Positions 58,581-64,000 of a DNA stretch of 64,000 bases are shown here, one piece after another. Source of the stretch: an uncultured Bdellovibrionales bacterium (GTDB taxonomy: Bacteria > Bdellovibrionota_C > UBA2361 > CAYQVO01). The notes under the pieces were generated by a model. The model did no database searches and had not been told where the DNA came from. It saw nothing but the letters and a program-made list of their open reading frames with translations. Each line of letters opens with the position of its first letter. Position 1 is the stretch's first letter. The position numbers and the translations under genes were made by a program. The DNA is taken from contig CAYQVO010000005.1 in NCBI GenBank assembly GCA_964421085.1, forward strand, positions 54,930-118,929, in the 5' to 3' direction.

Positions 58581-61037
58581 ATGAAAGCATCTGAAAACAA
58601 CAGCATCCCTCTTCTGGCGCTGCGCGAACTCGTGGTCTTTCCGCAGCAGGTTGTTCCGCTTTTCGTGGGAAGGGAAAAAAGTGTGAGAGCCATTGAAGAG
58701 GCCCAGCGGCGGAACTGCTACATAATGCTCGCCGCTCAGAAAGACGCGCGGACCAGCAATCCCGGTGAGAAAGACATTTATCAGATCGGAACACTCGGCG
58801 AAGTCGTGCAGCTGATCCGCCTTGCCGATGGACCGATTAAAGTCCTTGTGGAAGGAAAGGCGCGCGCGCGAATCAAAAAGTTTCATGACGGCGAGGAATT
58901 CATAACAGTCGAGGCTGAAGAGATTCAGATCCCGATTGAGATGACGACGGAAGTCAAAGCGCTCATGCGTTCAGTGAACGTCACTTTTGACAACTACGTC
59001 AAGCTTGGGAAGAAGGTTAATCCCGAGATGATCATGCAGGTGAACGCGATTGAAGATCCATCGCGACTAGCGGACGCCATTGTGGTCCAGCTTAACGTGA
59101 AACTGGAAGACCGTCAGGACATTCTGGAAACAATTCCTCCTCAGGAACGCCTGGACAAAATTCTCGGACACATGAAGTCGGAGATTGAGATTCTGCAGGT
59201 GGAAAAGCGCATTCGCAATCGCGTGAAGAAGCAGATGGAGAAGACTCAGAAAGAATACTACCTGAACGAGCAGATGCGCGCGATCCAGAAAGAACTCGGC
59301 GAAAAGGACGATTTCAGGAACGAAATTCAGGAGCTCGAAGAAAAGCTCAAAGCAAAGGACATGCCTGATGACGCCCGCGAGAAGACGGAAAAGGAAATCC
59401 GGAAACTGAAGATGATGTCGCCAATGTCGGCCGAAGCGACCGTTGTGCGCAACTACGTGGACTGGATGCTGGCGCTGCCCTGGAACGAGATCTCCGAGGA
59501 CGAAATAGATATCAGGAAAGCTCACGAAGTGCTTGAAGCCGACCACTACGGACTCGAAAAGGTGAAGGAACGTATCCTTGAATATCTTGCGGTGCAGAAG
59601 CTGGTGGAGAAACAGAAAGGGCCTATACTCTGCCTTGTCGGACCTCCGGGCGTTGGAAAGACATCGCTCGGCCGCTCGATCGCGAGAGCAACGAACCGGG
59701 AATTTATACGTGTGGCTCTTGGCGGCGTAAGAGACGAAGCCGAGATTCGCGGGCACAGACGCACCTACATTGGAGCCCTGCCCGGGAAGGTCATCCAGTC
59801 TTTGAAGAAAGCAGGGAAGAGCAATCCTGTGTTCCTGCTCGATGAAGTCGACAAGATGTCCACTGATTTCAGAGGCGACCCGTCGTCGGCGCTGCTTGAA
59901 GTGCTTGACCCCGAGCAGAACGACACCTTCAACGATCACTACCTCGACTGCGACTATGACCTGTCGAAGGTGATGTTCGTTACAACAGCCAATATGCTTC
60001 ACACGATTCCGGAACCGCTGAAGGACAGAATGGAAATTCTGTACCTGTCGGGGTATACCGAGCTTGAAAAACTTGCGATTGCGAAGAAATACCTTGTCGA
60101 GAAGCAGCGCAAGGCCAACGGACTCGAAGAACAGCAGATCGAAATAGTTGAAGATGCGCTTGTTGAAATAATCAGATCGTATACACGGGAAGCAGGTGTC
60201 AGAGCGCTCGAGAAGGCGATTGCGACTTTATGCCGCAAAGCAGCAGTCGAGATTGTGGAGAAAGGTTCTGACCACCTCGTGAAAATCGAAGCGCAGTCCC
60301 TTCCATTTTTCCTCGGACAGCCGAAATACCGGCACGGCAAGAAGGAAGAGGAAAATCAGGTCGGCACCGTCACAGGTCTTGCGTGGACCGACAAGGGTGG
60401 AGAACTGCTCACAATTGAAACGACGATTCTTCCGGGCAAAGGGAGGCTGCAGATTACCGGAAAACTCGGTGATGTAATGCAGGAATCAGCACGCGCGGCG
60501 TTGAGCTATGTGCGCTCGCGGCACGCTTTCCTCGGTCTTCCGAAGGATTTCTATGACAAAATCGACATCCATGTGCACGTTCCGGAGGGTGCGATTCCGA
60601 AGGATGGCCCGTCAGCCGGTATTGCGATGGCGACCTCGATGGTTTCGGCACTGACTGGAATTCCGATTGATCGCGAAGTCGCGATGACCGGTGAGATTAC
60701 ACTGCGTGGAAATGTTCTTCCTATCGGCGGCTTGAAGGAGAAAGCGCTTGCGGGTCATCGAGGCGGCATCAAGCGGATTCTTCTTCCGTTCGAGAATGAG
60801 AACGAGATCGAAGAAATCCCCGCCATTGTCCGGGCGGAACTGGAGCTTATTCCGGTGAAGCATATGGACGAGGTGCTTCGTGAGTCGTTCCGGTATGCGT
60901 CTCTGTCGACTTTCTTCAAGGTCCTCGAACGTAAGAGCACTACTGATATTCTGCTCTACGAGGATATGAACGGAAAGAAGGGCAGGGGCGAGAGGGAAAC
61001 GCAGGAGCAGATGGCGGCGGATATCGTGACGCATTGA
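58581..61037 (+). CDS. lon: ATP-dependent Lon protease (canonical, in the tig-clpPX-lon cluster)
   Basis: Lon N-domain, '[15 protein letters not shown]', and '[19 protein letters not shown]...' with the Ser-Lys dyad. 818 aa. Confidence 0.9.
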   Translation: MKASENNSIPLLALRELVVFPQQVVPLFVGREKSVRAIEEAQRRNCYIMLAAQKDARTSNPGEKDIYQIGTLGEVVQLIRLADGPIKVLVEGKARARIKKFHDGEEFITVEAEEIQIPIEMTTEVKALMRSVNVTFDNYVKLGKKVNPEMIMQVNAIEDPSRLADAIVVQLNVKLEDRQDILETIPPQERLDKILGHMKSEIEILQVEKRIRNRVKKQMEKTQKEYYLNEQMRAIQKELGEKDDFRNEIQELEEKLKAKDMPDDAREKTEKEIRKLKMMSPMSAEATVVRNYVDWMLALPWNEISEDEIDIRKAHEVLEADHYGLEKVKERILEYLAVQKLVEKQKGPILCLVGPPGVGKTSLGRSIARATNREFIRVALGGVRDEAEIRGHRRTYIGALPGKVIQSLKKAGKSNPVFLLDEVDKMSTDFRGDPSSALLEVLDPEQNDTFNDHYLDCDYDLSKVMFVTTANMLHTIPEPLKDRMEILYLSGYTELEKLAIAKKYLVEKQRKANGLEEQQIEIVEDALVEIIRSYTREAGVRALEKAIATLCRKAAVEIVEKGSDHLVKIEAQSLPFFLGQPKYRHGKKEEENQVGTVTGLAWTDKGGELLTIETTILPGKGRLQITGKLGDVMQESARAALSYVRSRHAFLGLPKDFYDKIDIHVHVPEGAIPKDGPSAGIAMATSMVSALTGIPIDREVAMTGEITLRGNVLPIGGLKEKALAGHRGGIKRILLPFENENEIEEIPAIVRAELELIPVKHMDEVLRESFRYASLSTFFKVLERKSTTDILLYEDMNGKKGRGERETQEQMAADIVTH

Positions 61038-61275
61038 TGGCGGCAATCCGAACTTGGAGTCGTGGCGGAGCGGCGCCTCTAAGATTCGGATGATGCCATT
61101 CTCCCGCCACCCACTCCTATTCCGGCTATCTGAATTTGCACTGCCCGCAATTCGCGCGTTCTCAGCAAAAAGTTGACAATCTTCATAATGAAGAGATATT
61201 CGGATCTCAGGGGATCAAACTGACTCCAGAGACTTTCGTCGCGGGCTTTCTCCGCCAATCGCTAAGGTAAAGAAA

Positions 61276-63816
61276 ATGGTGGATCTGACGTCATGCGTTT
61301 TCTGGGCTAAAACGACAAAGGATGGCAGTCCGGGTATATCAGTTTCTGAACATATGGACACGGTGGCGCAGACAGCCCGTATACTTGCCGGCTTTCAAGA
61401 GAACACTCTTGAGAGACTGGGGCTCCATATCGAGGATGCAGCAAGTCTGGCCGGGCTTCACGACATTGGAAAAATATCCGGTGGTTTTCAGAGGAAATGT
61501 ACCAAGTGGCTCGAAAAATATTCTCTGGTCGAGGAAAACAGGCTCAACCGCTGGGATGCCTGGGCGAAAGACCACGCCAGAACCTCTCAGTTCACTATGC
61601 AGCATATTCTGGAAGATAGTGGGTATCCAAAAGCTCAGGCAGCCATCTGGGCAATGGCTATAGGCGCTCATCATGGGAGACCATGCTGGGAAGGCGAGCA
61701 GGGCCTTCAAGAAAAGGCCGGGATGCGGAAAGAGGACGACTGGGGAGTCGCTAGAAAGGAAGCAGCTCTCCGATTTCTCGCTGAACATCCTCTCAGGAAA
61801 CTTCCTGAAGTGGACTTCAACTCGCCTGCTCTTTGGTGGGTTGCCGGAATAACGACGGTCGCAGACTGGATAGCTTCTGATGAGAACATATTTGGATCCA
61901 ATGAGGAAGAAATTGATCATGCCGTAGTCGAAAGACGCGTCCGAAAGTCATGCAATGATTTCGGCCTCACTAAGCCCAGTCTTAAATCAGGCCTTTCATT
62001 TCAGGAATTGTTCGATTTTCCGCCGAATCTTGTTCAGGAGCAGGCGGCTGACTTCATACAGGAGCCAGGCTTATACGTGATTGAGGCCCCCATGGGCAGC
62101 GGTAAGACAGAAGCTTCGCTTTTGGCTGCATACAGACTAATGGATCAGGGACTGGCCACGGGTGTGTACTTTGCGTTGCCAACGCAGATAACCAGCAATC
62201 GAATCCATCTTCGCCTCAACTCGTTTGTTTCAAAAGCAGCTTCCGACGATTCTTCGACGCGTTTAATCCATCGCAATTCCTGGCTCTTCGAGAATGTCAT
62301 TGTGCCGTTATCCGCCGTAGAGCACCTGACGGATGAGGAGGATCGAGCCGATGTCCGCCGTTGGTTCTGCACGCCGAAAAGATCGATACTCGCTCCATTC
62401 GGCGTTGGGACAGTCGACCAGGCGTTGCTTTCTATAGTAGCTGCAAAGCATTTCTTCCTGCGTCGCTGCGGGCTGGCGGGAAAGGTCGTGATCATCGATG
62501 AAGTGCATTCGTATGACATGTACACAGGTACTCTGATAGACAAGTTATGCGATGCGTTGCTCCCATTGGGCTGTACGATCATTATTCTTTCAGCAACACT
62601 GACGAGGTCCCGTCGTCGATCGTTGACCACAATCGCCTCTGAAGCGGAAACCGATGGTTATCCTCTTCTCAGCGGGAAGACCGCGACAGGCAGAGCTCTC
62701 CCGGAACGAGCAGTAGCGCCGCCGCTTGACAGGCATGTTAAAGTCTCTTTCCTGGACACGGAAGATGCAAGAGCTCGCGCCACAGACGCGGCTGGCAATG
62801 GCGCAGGCGTATTGTGGATTTGTGATACCGTCGATTCCGCTCAGGAGACCTTTCATCTGTTGAAAGAAGCGGCAGCGAAAGGCGGGTTTGCCATTGGCCT
62901 TCTTCACTCCAGGTTTCCGTTCTTTTTCCGGGAAGAACTCGAATCCGTGTGGATGGAGCGGCTGGGAAAAATGCGACAGGTGAAGCCTGCATGCATTCTC
63001 GTATCGACCCAAGTCGTGGAGCAGAGCGTTGATTTGAACGCAGACCTCTTAGTCACGGAGCTTGCACCGACAGACATGCTTCTTCAGCGGCTTGGTCGCC
63101 TCTGGCGCCATGAATTGCCGGACCGACCACTTGCTTACCCTGAAGTTATAGTGCTGCATGAAGCGGCAACCCTGGAAGAATTACGTTCTCTTTCTGCTGC
63201 TGATATAGTGAAAAAATTCGGCCCAAAGGCGAAAGTTTACGATCCTTATGTTCTTCTGAGAACGCTTGAGGTATGGAGGGACACCAAAGAGCTTAAAATA
63301 CCTTCTCAGATTCGCGATCTCCTTCAATCCACCTACACGGAACGTGAAGTGCAACCGAAGTCATGGGAGGTCCTTCTCCTTGGATCCGAAGGAATGAAAA
63401 GCGCGCATCGAACCCTCGCATTGATGAACACGGGAAGCGGCATGCCGACACTGAAGGACGATGAGGGAGTTCAAACCCGGGTTAATGAGATGCCGACCGT
63501 GCCTCTGCTTCTGGTGAAGTCGAAAAACAGTGATCGGCTGGAGTTGCTCAACGGAGATGAGGTGAAACTCACAAAGAACGCTTCGTTTTCGCTCTCGACA
63601 GCCAAAGCTATTAATAAGAACGTCGTAAGCGTTCCCGAATACTTTTTTTCGGATACGCCAGATACGGACGCATGGATCGCGAGATATATTTCAAGATCTG
63701 CCCGAATTGGAGTAGTTTCAGAGGCCGGAGTTGTCACCGTGCACGGTTTAAGGGATATCGGCATCAGATGGTCGAATGAAATAGGGGTCGTCCTGGAGAA
63801 GCCGCAGGAGGGGTAA
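61276..63816 (+). CDS. cas3: CRISPR-associated helicase/nuclease Cas3 (HD domain + DEAD/DEAH helicase), type I
   Basis: N-terminal HD 'HMDTVAQ...GLHDIGKISGGFQ', helicase motif I 'APMGSGKTEA', DEAH-like 'IIDEVHSYD', and motif VI 'QRLGRLWRH'. Confidence 0.85.
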   Translation: MVDLTSCVFWAKTTKDGSPGISVSEHMDTVAQTARILAGFQENTLERLGLHIEDAASLAGLHDIGKISGGFQRKCTKWLEKYSLVEENRLNRWDAWAKDHARTSQFTMQHILEDSGYPKAQAAIWAMAIGAHHGRPCWEGEQGLQEKAGMRKEDDWGVARKEAALRFLAEHPLRKLPEVDFNSPALWWVAGITTVADWIASDENIFGSNEEEIDHAVVERRVRKSCNDFGLTKPSLKSGLSFQELFDFPPNLVQEQAADFIQEPGLYVIEAPMGSGKTEASLLAAYRLMDQGLATGVYFALPTQITSNRIHLRLNSFVSKAASDDSSTRLIHRNSWLFENVIVPLSAVEHLTDEEDRADVRRWFCTPKRSILAPFGVGTVDQALLSIVAAKHFFLRRCGLAGKVVIIDEVHSYDMYTGTLIDKLCDALLPLGCTIIILSATLTRSRRRSLTTIASEAETDGYPLLSGKTATGRALPERAVAPPLDRHVKVSFLDTEDARARATDAAGNGAGVLWICDTVDSAQETFHLLKEAAAKGGFAIGLLHSRFPFFFREELESVWMERLGKMRQVKPACILVSTQVVEQSVDLNADLLVTELAPTDMLLQRLGRLWRHELPDRPLAYPEVIVLHEAATLEELRSLSAADIVKKFGPKAKVYDPYVLLRTLEVWRDTKELKIPSQIRDLLQSTYTEREVQPKSWEVLLLGSEGMKSAHRTLALMNTGSGMPTLKDDEGVQTRVNEMPTVPLLLVKSKNSDRLELLNGDEVKLTKNASFSLSTAKAINKNVVSVPEYFFSDTPDTDAWIARYISRSARIGVVSEAGVVTVHGLRDIGIRWSNEIGVVLEKPQEG

Positions 63817-63825
63817 TGAACTTAG

Positions 63826-64000
63826 TACATGAGCCGTGGATTCCCGTAGTCTGCCCCGATGCGAGCACGACGCGTGTTAGTCTGATGGATGTATTCATCC
63901 GCGGCACATCTTTTCCTGACCTTGCCGTTCGGCCATATGAAAGAGTTGCTTTGATGCGCCTGCTCCTCTGCATTTCACATGCGGCGCTGGAGGGACCCCT
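63826..64000 (+). CDS. cse1: CRISPR-associated Cse1/CasA (Cas8e), 5' portion only (runs off the window end)
   Basis: 'MNLVHEPWIPV' is the characteristic Cse1 N-terminus (MNLLIDxWIPV). It follows cas3 as in type I-E loci. Confidence 0.6.

Noticed and set aside
59067-60002. 311-aa minus-strand ORF inside lon
   Set aside because: Antisense to the canonical Lon gene. No motifs.
61040-61275. A CRISPR repeat array upstream of cas3
   Set aside because: No direct repeats are visible in the cas3 leader. In type I-E loci the array lies downstream of cas2, outside this window.

Overview
This is a bacterial chromosomal window of roughly 57% GC with dense coding on both strands. Working only from the six-frame ORF track and motif reading, the confidently recognisable content is, in order of position:

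- **1-3835:** a polysaccharide ABC-exporter operon (SGNH hydrolase, Wzm-like permease, Wzt-like ATPase) ending in an atypical OTCase-fold transcarbamylase.
- **3873-8373:** a sigma-54 enhancer-binding protein transcribed divergently from a VIT+VWA protein that carries a GlyGly-CTERM sorting signal, followed directly by a rhomboid-family rhombosortase.
- **8398-12563:** an accessory-looking stretch with a Fic remnant, a lipoprotein-type acetolactate decarboxylase, a CocE/NonD hydrolase and a VapBC toxin-antitoxin pair.
- **12576-19163:** sugar isomerase and Gfo/Idh/MocA oxidoreductase genes, then a MacA-MacB efflux set.
- **19226-23763:** a minus-strand operon of Hsp20, a second Lon protease paralog and a PAS hybrid sensor kinase, with a sigma-32-like promoter upstream.
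- **24498-33090:** pyruvate phosphate dikinase, NADP-isocitrate dehydrogenase, a sulfatase-family membrane protein and a methyltransferase fusion.
- **33595-39408:** a flagellar block (motA, an unknown ORF, motB-like, fliMNOPQR) with no flhB.
- **39430-39987:** a PduO-type cobalamin adenosyltransferase.
- **40158-53541:** a Ser/Thr kinase, PP2C phosphatase and FHA module translationally coupled to a minimal Tad/Flp pilus operon (cpaE, flp, cpaF, tadB, tadC). That operon runs straight into flhA and then an 830-aa pseudokinase-TM-HEAT repeat protein.
- **53555-61037:** a CxxS thioredoxin-like lipoprotein, tRNA-Leu(TAG), and tig-clpP-clpX-(Ogg-like glycosylase)-lon.
- **61276-64000:** the start of a type I-E CRISPR-Cas locus (cas3 and a partial cse1).

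The most unusual architectures are the hybrid Tad/flhA/pseudokinase operon with its upstream STK/PP2C/FHA module, the sigma-54-controlled rhombosortase/GlyGly-CTERM VIT-VWA pair, and the hsp20-lon2-hybrid-kinase operon.

All calls rest on motif recognition by eye; no database search was possible. ORF-track coordinates were used where available. Coordinates of small motifs were read from the sequence lines and may be off by 1-2 nt.
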